DNA of 64,000 nucleotides from Mobula birostris (lineage: Eukaryota), in contig NC_092401.1 in the NCBI RefSeq assembly GCF_030028105.1, positions 15,286,984 to 15,350,983 of the forward strand. Direction: 5' to 3'. Made by a program: the position numbers and the translations under genes. Each line of letters opens with the position of its first letter. The stretch's first letter is position 1. The notes under the pieces were generated by a model. It worked only from the letters and a program-made list of their open reading frames with translations. It had not been told where the DNA came from and did no database searches. Of the stretch, positions 13,501 to 25,500 are shown one piece after another.

Positions 13501-16500
13501 TCACCTCAGGCCACTAGTTGCAACACGCTCAACATTTTGTTTGCTAACTTTGCTTGAGTTCTTACCAACATTTGCCTCGACATCCTCTCCACAAACTGTT
13601 TTGGCAATCTGGTTCACACGCCCCTGCAGCTCTGGTTTAAATCCAATCATGCAGCATTAACAAAGCTTCCTGATATGATATTAGTTCCACTCCAGTTCAA
13701 GTGCCAACCATCCCGTCTGCACAGGTTGCGCATACCCGGGAAGAGAGCACAATGATCGAAAACTCTTATGCCCTCCCCCCTACACCAACCCCTGAGCCAC
13801 ATATTAAACTGTATCATCTTCCTACTTCCTCCCATGAGGCACAGATAACAATCCTGACGTCAGGACCATAAAGGTCCTACCCTTTAATTTAGCACCTAAT
13901 TCTGTGAAAACCTTATACAGTCGTTACTCACCTTACCCATGGCATTTGTATTAAATTAGATTAGATTAGATTCAACTTTATTGTTATTGTGTCGTGTGCA
14001 TATACAAAGCTAATGAAATGCAGTTAGCATCTAACCAGAAATGCAAAGAACAGTGTTATTTACAAAATGACAACGAATAAAAAGTAAGTGCTACAGCACA
14101 CAAATATAGACGTACTGAGACAGTACAATATGGGGCAATACTGTTTAGCGCTGCGATGTGAGGTTCAGCAGGGTCACAGCCTCAGGGAAAAGCTCTTCAT
14201 GTGCCTGCCGCTGCGGTTACGGAGGCTCCTGTAGCGCCTACCGGATGGGAAGAGAGTACAATGTCCATGGTTAGGGTAAGATGCATCCTTGATAATGCTT
14301 TCCATCGTGCCCCGGCAGCGCTTATCGTAGATGTCCTCAATGGTGGGCAATTGGCTACTGATAATCAGTTGGGCAGTTTTCACCACACGCTGGAGTGCGT
14401 TGCAGTCCGATACGGGACAATTGCCATACCACACTGAGATGCAGTTGGTGAGTATGCTCTCAATGGTACAGCACTGAAAGGAACCAGTGCAGAGTACCCC
14501 TGTGGTCATGTCCGTCACGATTTCTGGCTGTTCACCTTTCCACTTAAGAATCCTGAGGACTCGATCGGATATAGCCTGGCAGACAAAATACCATTCCTGA
14601 ATCTCGCTCACGCCCACAGATCCTCCTGACTGTTCCCCTAACTAACAAATCACCTGTCACCATAACATGCCTATTTTCTCCCCTTCAATGCTGACTGGCA
14701 TAGCCAGACTCAGTCCTAGATACCCGACCACTGGGACTTTCGTCTGTTAGGTCAACCCCCCAACCCCGACAGTATCAAAACTGATGTATCTTGTTGACGG
14801 AGATGATCACAAGGGTACTCTGCACTGGTTCCTTAACCCCTTTCTCCTTTCCAACTGTCACCCAATCTCCTGCGTTCTGCACGTAGGGAGTAACTATCTC
14901 TCTACATGCTCTTTCTCTTCCGCCTCCCGAATGATCCGGAGTTCAAATCCAATTCTTTAACGCTGATTGGTAGAAGCTGAAGTTGGATGTTGTTCACACA
15001 GATGTGGTCGGAAAGGATCCTGGACGTCTCTCTGCCTCCCTACAACCCGCAAGAGGAGCATTCCACTGTCCTGTCTGGCATCTCTACTATTCTGGCTAAG
15101 CACATATAAAGAAGCGAAGGAAAGAAACTTAATTTTGAGTTTTTATTACTTTACTTTCTCTGACTCAAGCTTGTCTTCGCCTCGGAGAACTAAAGCCGCA
15201 ATAAAACCATTCTGAGTCTGTCAAGTCAGACAACGGCTGGTGAGACAACGCGCTTGCCCCGCCTTCCTTTAAATTGCTATTGATCATCAACCCTAACTGC
15301 AGATTCTTCGCTAGTCAAAGCTCCTTTTCGCTTTGGCAAACCTCTGCTGGCATTTCTGTTCGGTTATTGCACCCGAGAGAAATCTCCTCTTTTCAAAACT
15401 TTCGATGTCCACATTAGTTGCTGCTCAAAGCTCCTTTTCGCTGTACGGACCCACTGCTGACTTTTCTACTAGGGCAGTAGACCTAAGTGAAATTCACCTC
15501 TCAATACTTCCGATGTCCGGTTCGGTCGTTGGTCAAAGCTCTTTTTCTAGATTAACATATGGACAAACGTATTAATGGCACAACTTCCCGGTCTCCTGGC
15601 CATGGGTGCAGTACTTTCGTCCCCCACATCTTTCCTCCTGTTTCTCTGGAACTTGGAAAGAATCTGTTTATTCTCCGCCCTCATTCACAATTCTGATGAA
15701 CGGTCTTCCACATTTATTCTTCTATTTCGACCGGAAATGTTTAACACGTTACAGTTTGTAATGTTTCTGTTTTTATTTATTTTTTCACACGATTTCAATT
15801 CAAGATCAGTGTCTTTGTGGTGTGATATGAATTACCAACTGCTGGAGACATAGACTAAGAAAATATTCCAGTCGTTAAGCAAATGAGTCGGATTGGGTTT
15901 GACTTTGGAGTTTGGGATATAAATAGAATTAACTGAAACAATTTTGTCGATCTACGCCACACTGCCCCTTATCAACATTCATATCGTTTCCAAATTCAAA
16001 ATAGGACATGATATTTTGTCTGATAATTTTTAAACTTACTGTTATTCAGCTGCGAAATCTCGTCCTGAAGTTTAGGGAAGGCGCTAGGGGTCTTCTCGTT
16101 GTATCCTGCAAATAAATGAGGATATCATGTTAGATTATTTGTCAGCTAGTTCATTATGTCTTCAGACTTGAATGATTCGACAAATGATGATAATCATCAT
16201 CAAGTGATAGAAAATAATGGTAAAGGTGAAACGTGTATGGAGCACACTTACATACGTCAGATATTGAATCAGTCAGTGTGAGAGGCCGTCAGCGCGTTAC
16301 CTTGTTCCGTTCGGAATTAAAGTAAGACATAAGGAATTATTTGGCCAAGTACGCTTTTCCCTTATTTCGCATCAGAAAGTTTGAAAGAATCTCTCGAGAT
16401 TTCCTTTCACAGCAGTGAAAATAGGGTAAAACTGACAGAGCCGATGTAAAATACATTCATATTGCAGTCCAATTCAGCTGTCCTACAATTTAAAAGGGCA

Positions 16501-19500
16501 GCAAATGACACGCTATATCTCCGAATCCAAATCAAGGATCACAAAGATTGTCGGAAATGTTAATCAAACTTAGGTATTCAATTAATTAAAAAGACAAAAG
16601 AAAACAGTGGAACTTACAAGGTGGATAAATCTCCTGAACCTGATGGAATGTACCCTAGGGTTTAAAAGGAATTAACTAGAGAGATTGTGGAAGAATTGAC
16701 AATGATCTTTCAAAAAGCGATCTATTCCGGAATTGTACCCGATGACTGGAAAATTGCAAATGTTACTTCGCTATTTAAGAAGCGAGGGAGGCTGTAGAAA
16801 AGAAATTATAGACCTGTTAGCCTAACATCAGTCATTGGGAAGTTGTTGGAATCGATTGTTACGGATGAGGTTACGGAGTACCTGGAGGCACATGACAAGA
16901 TAGCCAGTAGGGTTTCCTGAAAGGATAATCTTGCCTGACTAACCTACTACAATTTTTTGAGGAAAGTACAAGCAGGGTAGACAAAAGAGAAGCAGTGGAT
17001 GGGATGTTGTGTACTTGGATTTTCAGAAGGCCTTTGACATGGTGTTGTACATGATTCTGCTTAGCAAGATGAGAGCACATGAAATTACAGGGAGGTTACT
17101 AGCATGGGCGGAGCATTGGCTGATCAGCAGAAAACGATGAGTGGCAATAAGGGATCCCATTTTGGTTGTGTTCTATTGTATCAGCAGAGATGTGTTTTCT
17201 GAGGAGGATGCAAAGAATATCAAGAACGAAACAAATATCGAACGAGAATGTCATGAACAGTGCAAACACAAGAAGAGTAACAACGTATGAGATCATGAAA
17301 AGGCAACGTAACTTCATTGAACATATGATTAGGAAAGAGGCGTTAGAATGCACGGTAATTATGGGAAAAATTGAAGGGAAGAAAGCAAGAGGAAGGGAAA
17401 GACAAATGAGGATGGAGACAGCAGCCAGAGAACTGGACATGAATACCAATGAATTGAACCACTTGACCCGAAACAGGAGTCTGTGTGCTAATTCAGAATT
17501 TGTTGCCACGAGCGGCTGGGAGGCCAAGTCATCATTGTGTATTAAAGGCTGAGATAGATAGGTTCTTGGTTAGCCAGGGGATTTAGGGAGAAGGCAGGCG
17601 AGTGGGAATGACGGGAGCAATTGGATCAGCCCATTATTGAATGGCAGAGCAGACTCGATGGGCCGAATGGCCTGATTCTGCTCCTATATTTTATGGTCTT
17701 ATGGTTTTGGATAACTTGCAAAAACTCAGCCTAAACTTTACTGGACTAGGATCAGGACCATCAAATACGAAAATCGAGGGTTTAGCATTACCTCTTGAAA
17801 TACACTCCAGGGCATGGAATAACCTGTGTACACCTAATTAGACGCCAGTCTACTGACAAGTTTGAAATCAGCATTTTGAAAAGAGATAACAGTTGAAGTA
17901 TACTTAATTATACACCAGAAAAGACTTGAAGAGAATTATCAAAGGACAATTGGAACTTCAACATAAACTAGGAAGATCTAACTACAACACATCATAAAAG
18001 CCCGAAACCTAATCATACGCGATGAGTATAATTCATAAAACGCAGATAATGCAAAACCAAACAGTGTATACGAAATCACTCAGTGCCCTCAGTGCACTAC
18101 GTACTACCCGAAGATGTGACAGAAGCCATCCCCCTACAGCCGGCTCCTAACGGACCAGGGATATCTAGGTGGAAACGATGCAATTCTGAAGCAAGATCAG
18201 GAGTCAAAATATTCCTGGAAGTTACCCAACACTGTAACACAGTACTATATCCCTCCCGGTCTACCAAATATCGCAGATGTTCCGTTGATTTCCGTGAATT
18301 CAGCTGTCTACAGACTCGGTAGACCGTTTCACCGCCTATGATCTTTGGGGGTAGGTGTCGGGGTGCTCGGCGCTAAGAGACAATAAAGTAAAGGTTTCAG
18401 TTTGGATTAATAAAAGGCGCAATGAGTTCTTACAGGACGGGAAAGTTCAATCTTTTATATTACCAGGTTAATGTTCCTCAGGCTCAATAGAGAACGATAC
18501 AGTGCGGAGTTACCGGTTGCCATTCTAGCTTGAGTAGAAAATCCTCATTTGTAAGCTCGACCTGCTGTCCAATATAGAAAGAGAGACCCAAATTCTTTCT
18601 ATTGGCCATATTCTGTTGTCGAGTGGACTCTCTGTAAGAGTCTTTGAGGCCTTGAACCAACTTTGTTTGCATATCTAAACAATTGTTTTGTCGTGTGGAC
18701 CCCGATCTCGGCCTAGTGATCAGGGAGGAGAGGATGCTGAAACCCAAAAGGATATTCGAAAGGGGTCCTACCCAATGATGAATATTGAAGCATCCTATGG
18801 GGAAACAACACCTTCATTAAACGTTTATATGAAGCGGCCGAATTACCGGATAATGGGCAGTGAACGGTTAGCGCCAGGTCGAATCCTTCTCTCAATCTGT
18901 CCATTAATCTGTGGATGGATCCCCAAGGAAAGACGAGAGGTAGCCCAAATAAGCTTGCAAAATTCATGACAGAATTTCCAGTTGAATTGTGGACCTCTGT
19001 CAGAAACAATATCAGAGGCAAAGCCATATTTCCTGAGCACCTGGTAGATGAGGACTTCTGCGAACTTTCGAACGAATGGTCGCTTGGTTACAGGAACTAA
19101 TCGGCAAGCCTTGGAAAACCTAGCGACCACAACTAAAATTGTGTTAAAGGAGGATGACAAGGTCATACCAGTATTAAAAACTAGAGAAAGATGAGACTGG
19201 GAGCGTGGACTAATGGGTAGATGTTGAAGAAGGCCTTGAGGAAAAGTACTGGGGCTTTTGTAACAGGCACAAATGTCACAATCCTGAACGCATGACATAA
19301 CGTCTTTAGATATTTGCGTTGCGTTTTGAGAAATTAGCTGCTCCTTGCAACAAATCAAAAGTTTTTTTAATGAGGAGCAAGGAGTATCGATTCCTAACTC
19401 TTAATTTGCTTATGACACTATAATACATGCAGGGACGGCTCACGTTTTCCATTAGTTGCAAAACTGAACCCTGCTGCCGCCCGATAAGATAGCCTGAAAA

Positions 19501-22500
19501 AAACCACGAGGCGAGTGCCTTTTTCAATACTTTACTTCATACTTTATTGCGCCAAACAATTGGTACTAGAACGTACAATCATCACAGCGATATCTGCTTC
19601 TGCGCTTCACACTCCCTGGTTTACAAATATTAAATATTAAGAATATCAAAAATAGTTGAAATTAGTAAATATTAAAAATTTCAATTATAAATCATAAATA
19701 GAAAATAGAAAAATGCGAAGTAACGTAGTGCAAAAAAACCGAGAGGCAGGTCCGGATATTTGGAGGGTACGGCCCAGATCCGGGCAGGATCCGTTCAGCA
19801 GTCTTATCACAGTTGGAAAGAAGCTGTTCCCAAATCTGGCCGTACGAGTCTTCAAGCTTTGAACCTTCTCCGGGAGGGAAGAGGGACGAAAAGTGTGTTG
19901 GCTGGGTGGGTCGTGACCTTAATTATCCTGGCAGCACTGCTCCGACAGCGTGCAGTGTAAAGTGAGTCCACGGACGGAAGATTGGTTTGTGTGATGTGCT
20001 GCGCCGTGTTCACAATCTTCTGCAGTTTCTTTCGGTCTTGGACACGACAACTTCCATACCAGGTTGTGATGCACCCTAGAAGAATGCTTTCTACGGTGCA
20101 TTTTTAAAAAATAGTGAGGTTTTTAGGGGACAGGCCAAATTTCTTTAGTTTTCGCAGGAAGTAAAGGCGCTGGTGGACCTTCTTCTTCGTGAACTCTGCT
20201 TGGTTGGACAAAGTCAGGTCATTTGTGATATTGACCCCGAAGAATTTAAAGCTTTTGGCCTGTTCCACTTGTGCACCACCGATGTATATTTGGTCGTGCG
20301 GTTCGCTACTCCTTCTGAAGTCAACAACCAATTCCTTCGTCTTGCTGACGTTGAGGGATAGGTTATTGTCTTCAAACCATGCAACCAGGTTTTTAATTTC
20401 CTCTCTGTACTCAAACTCATCATTACCCGAGATACGACCTGCAATTGTTCTGTCATCAGCAAACTTATGTATTGAGTTCGATGGAAACTTGGCTACACAT
20501 CCATGGGTGTACAGTGAGTACAGCAGGGGGCTGAGTACACAGCCTTGTGGGGCAACGGTGCTCAGAGTGATTGTAGAGGAGAGCTTGTCCCCTATTTTTA
20601 CAGCCTGGGTTCTGTCTGTGAGGAAGTTGAAGATCCAGCTGCAGATCTGAGTGCTAAGGCCCAGGTTCCGGAGCTTAGGAATCAGTTTATTTGGAATGAT
20701 GGTATTAAAGGAAGAGCTGTAGTCAATGAAAAGGAGCCTTAGGTATGCCTCTTTATTCTCCAGGTGTTTTAAGGAGGAATGTAGGGCCAGAACGATGGCA
20801 TCTGCCGTTGACCTGTTGCTCCAGTAGGCGAATTGCAAAGCGTCGAGGTTGACCGGTAGGCTGGGGTTGATGTGTGCCATAACCAATCTCTCGAAGCACT
20901 TCATAACAATTGATGTCAGAGCCACAGGTCGATAGTCATTCAGGTATGCCACCTTGCTCTTCTTCGGCACTGGGATTATCGTTGCCTTCTTAAAACACGA
21001 CGGGATCTTAGACCGAAGCAAGGAGCAGTTGAAGATGTCAGCAAACACTCCAGCTAGCTCGCTTCCACAGGCCCGGAGAACTCGTCCTGTGACGACTGCT
21101 TTTTTTGAATATACTTGTACATGGCCAGCCTTTCGGCTTCTTAAATGGAATAGTCTTCCTCGGGGTGTTTAGATCCCTGGCTATAACTCTGTGGCTCAAT
21201 GATAGCGCCGACGGGGCGGTTTTACGCCTGCCATTTGTTGCGTAAAATCCTCAAGGCTGTAGAATTACCCGGGGGGGGGGGAGTCGTTTTTGAGATCATC
21301 AATGGTCGCAAAGTCGGAGTGTGAGAGGCAGAGTCGAAAACAAGAGTTGCAGACTCATGAACTCGGGAACTCGGAAAGCTTCTGGGACGCAGACCTTATG
21401 ACAGCTGGAAGCCTAGGAGACATTAAGATGAAAGATATCCCAGGGGAATTGCTAAGCATTTCACACGGCTCTCCTTTCAGGAAATGCAGGGATTCCTAAC
21501 CTTAGAACCATAGAACACTATAGCACAGAAAACAAGCTATTCGACCCCTCTAGTCTGTGCCGAAACTTTATTCCGCTAGTCCCATTGATCCGCACCCAGT
21601 ACATAACCCTCCAGATCTCTCACATCCATGTATCTATCCAATTTGTTCTTAAAACTTAAGAGTGAGCCCGCTTTTATCACATCAGATGGCAGCTCGTTCC
21701 ACACTCTCACCACTCTCTGAGTGAAGAAGTTCCCCCTAATGTTCCCCCTATATCTTTCCCCTTTCACCCTAAAGCCATGTCCTCGCGTATTTATCTCTCC
21801 TAATTTAAGTGGAAAGAGCCTGCTTGAATTTATTTGTCTATACCCATCATTATTTTGTAAACGTCTATCAAATCTCCCCTCATTCTTCTACGCACCAAGG
21901 AATAAAGTCCTAACCTATTCAATCTTTCCCTGTAACTCGGCTTCTGAAGACCCGGCAATATCCTAGTAAATCTTCTCTGAACACTTTCAATCTGACTGAT
22001 ATCCTCCCGATAGGGGGGAGAAGATAGCGGCGCGACGGCAGCGCGCGCGGCCACCTCGGTGATGATATCTGTTATTTGTCAAGTAGGGGACCGTGCACAA
22101 TCCTGATTTGATGGAGACAGACGTGAGAAATGTCTGCTTTGCTACCGCTGCTACTGTGTGGTCACCGGAATCTCTGGAGCTGAAGGCCCCGAAATCCTCT
22201 GCTTTGCGTGTTTCAGCGGCCGGGGCGACGTTAAATACGCTCGGCAGAGGATGGCGCTCGGGAGACTGTATCGGAGAGGCTGCTCGGAAGCTCGGAGTTT
22301 TCTGCCGGTTGAACTCACAGTCGGCTGGGGTCGGCTGCTTCCAAAGTATCAGCAGGTTGACGGTGCCTGGAGGTTTATGGTAGAGAGTTTTCCCTTTTGC
22401 CGCCGCTATTGGGGACTCGGGAGTCGATCGACTCGAGACTTTAAGACTTTTTTTTTACTGTGCCTATAGTCTGTTCTTTCTCAAATTATGGTATTGCTTT

Positions 22501-25500
22501 ACACTGCTGTAACTATATGTTATAATCATGTGGTTTTGTCAGTGTTAGTCTTTGGTCTGTCTTGTTTTCTGTGATATCACTCCGGAGAAACATTGTATCA
22601 TTTCTTAATGCATGTATGCATTTCTAAATGACAATAAACGAGGACTGAGTGTTCTCATAATCTAATCTAATCTCATCTTTCATATAGTTAGGTGACCAGA
22701 ACTGTACACAATATTCCAAATTTGGCTCTCACCAATGTCTTACACAACCTCTCCATTACATCCCAACTCCTATACTCAATACTTTGATTTATGAATGCCA
22801 GGATGCCAAAAGCCGTCTTTACCAACTTGCCCACCTGTGACACCACTTTCAGGGAATTATGTATCTGAACTCCTAGATCCTTTTGTTCCTCCGCAATCCT
22901 CAATGCCCTACCATTTACTGTGTATGTCTTACCTTGATTTGTCCTTCCAACATGCAACACCTCACACTTGTCTGCATCAAATTCCACCTGCCATTTTCTA
23001 GACCATTTTACCAGCTGGTCCTGATCCCTCTGCAAGCTTTGAAAGTCTACCTCGCCATCCACAATGCCTTCAATCTTAGTGTCAAATCTGGCACACCTTT
23101 CCTAGCTCAAGTGTTCTCACAACAAGAGCTTGGCTGTAAAAGGATGATCTAACTTGAAGATTTGGATTGCCATCTGCTGGGCTAAGATTAGGCCAAAAAA
23201 ATACCTGCAGACCCGGAGTTTACCTCTCTCTCCTTTCCCGCACAGTAAAGATCAGATGGGAACTGGTCAGCGGTATGGCCTGCTCGGTTGCGTGTGGCGA
23301 CGCGTGACGTAAGTTACTTGCACGTGTAGAAAATACAGATCAAGGAAGGGGATAGGCAGCACCACATCTGGGGAGCTCAGCGCGACGCTCCCTGCGGCAT
23401 CAGAACATCATGTGGGATAGCTACGTGAATCAGTCGATCGAGGTCCTAACCTGTTTCAATGGCCACCAGTTCATTCTCGAGCATTTCATGCAGACAAGTG
23501 TAGAACACCGCGACGAGCGTTTCTCCATTCCACCCACTCTCAAGTGCCGGTGCCCGGAACTCAATCGGTCCCTGTCACATACGGAGAAATCTGCCAGTCG
23601 GCTGATACCACTCCCCTCCCCCCCGAGGGCCTATTAGAAGACCCACCTTATAGCTCTGACGAACATTCCAATATTCTCTCCCCGATAGTGCCGTAGGCAA
23701 TAGCAGAGACTTACTCGACAGGACGGAGATTATGAATGCCACCTTAGTCCATTCAGTGGCCAACGAGAAAGGGAGCAGTTGGAAGACCGGGGACAATTGT
23801 GTTAGGTCCAGGGTAAGAACCTGAGGTCCCAGTAAAGCGCTCTTGATTGGGTATGCTCGGCGACCTTAAGACACCGCCTAGCCCAATCGGGGGTGTATCT
23901 GACTGCCTTGTTCCAAGGATCTCTGGAAAGGTCTTGAAGGACGCAGCCAGCTCTTGCAGCATCAGTGCGTGCCGATCGCCTGCCGCACCTTGCTATACTA
24001 GAGCTGACCAAATGTGGAATCCTACTGCAGCAAGGAGCCATTCGGTGGTATTTTCACCCTGCATCTTCAGACCTAAGTGCCGGCTTATAGAGACCCGAAA
24101 GGGTGAAACAAAACTATGTATTTGATTCACAAAACTGACAAAATAAAACAATAGAACGTACAATGCATTGGATATCTCGCAGTAACTAGGAATAACTCGG
24201 CCAGAATTTCATTAGGCCAGAAGTGCGACCATTGAGAAAACCCTGAGGGGTTGGTACTGCACCTTTAAATGCACTTCCGGGTATGAAGAAATTCGTGCCC
24301 AGCTCATGAAAACCCGGACTCTTAACCAGCTTAACGATAACCATTCTGATAAGAGACAACGGTCCAAAGACACTTAATTGGACAGCTGTAATGTTTCGAG
24401 GAGAATTAAATGGAAATATCCATAGACAATTGCAACTTAAACGTAAATTAGAAAAGACCTAACTATAGCACACAAAGACACCTAAAACGCTATCATACAT
24501 TATGATTTCAATTAAATAAAATGGAGAGAATACAAAAGAGAGCCACGTCAGCAAAAACATCAGAAAACACTACCAGCGGTAGAAGCTTCCGACAGGAGTC
24601 AATCTTAAACTATAGAACCGTAGAACAATACAGCACAGAAACAGGCCTTTTGGCCCTTCTTGGCTGTGCCGAACCATTTTTATGCCTAGTCCCAGTGACC
24701 TGCAGCTGGACCATAACCCTCCATACTCCTCTCATCCATGTACCTGTCCAAGTTTTTGTGAAATGTTAAAAGTGAGCCCGCATTTACCACTTCATCTGGC
24801 AGCTCATTCCACACTCCCACCACTCTCTGTGTGAAGAAGCCCCCCCCCCCAAGGTTCCCTTTAAACTTTTCCCCCTTCACCCTTAACCCATGTCCTCTGT
24901 TTTTTTTTTCTCCCTTAACCTGAGCGGAAAAAGCCTGCTTGCGTTCACTCTATCTATTCCCATCATAATTTTATATACCTCTATCAAATCTCCCCTCATT
25001 CTTCTACGCTCCAGGGAATAAAGTCCTAACCTATTCAACCTTTCTCTGTAACTGAGTTTCTGAAGTCCCGGCAACGTCCTTGTAAACCTTCTGTGCACTC
25101 TTTCAACTTTATTAATATCCTTCCTGTAATTAGGTGACCAAAACTACACACAATACTCCAAATTCGGCCTCACGAATGTCTTATACAACCTGACCATAAC
25201 ATTCCAACTCTTATACTCAATACTTTTATTTATAAAGGCGAATGTACCAAAAGCTCTCTTTATGACCCTGTCTAACTGTGACGCCACTTTTAGGGAATTT
25301 TGTATCTGTATTCCCAGATCCCTCTGTTCTACTGCATTCTACAGAGCCCTGCCATTTAGCTTGTATGTTCTACCTTGGTTTGTCCTTCCAAAGTGCAATA
25401 CCTCACACTTGTCTGTATTAAACTCCATCTGCCATGTTTTTCAGCCCATTTTTCCAGCTGCCAGCTTAAATCCCTCTGCAAGCTTTGAAAACCTTCCTCA

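Larger units (their letters stand above)
1190..17760. repeat. Old intragenic tandem duplication (unit 1 ~1190-12081, unit 2 ~12082-17760)
   Basis: Colinear homologous blocks: 1190-1800 ~ 12082-12695; 8030-9667 ~ 13520-15745; 11810-12082 ~ 17497-17760. More diverged homology 1270-1765 ~ 15800-16320. Confidence 0.85.
17800..24594 (-). mobile_element. Decayed chromodomain Ty3/gypsy LTR retrotransposon (Sushi-like chromovirus) with nested LINEs
   Basis: gag remnants ~23170-24045 ([10 protein letters not shown]); RT piece ~19325-19530 (RPC...RNRYSLLLI...FDLLQGA); integrase 18843-19310 (CDIC...IVSDRGPQF...[10 protein letters not shown]); chromodomain ~18135-18350 ([11 protein letters not shown]...YLVDREGY...WVTSRNIL); purine tract then TGTCAC at 18121. 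Diverged LTRs: 17880-18040 ~ 24340-24530. Confidence 0.9.
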
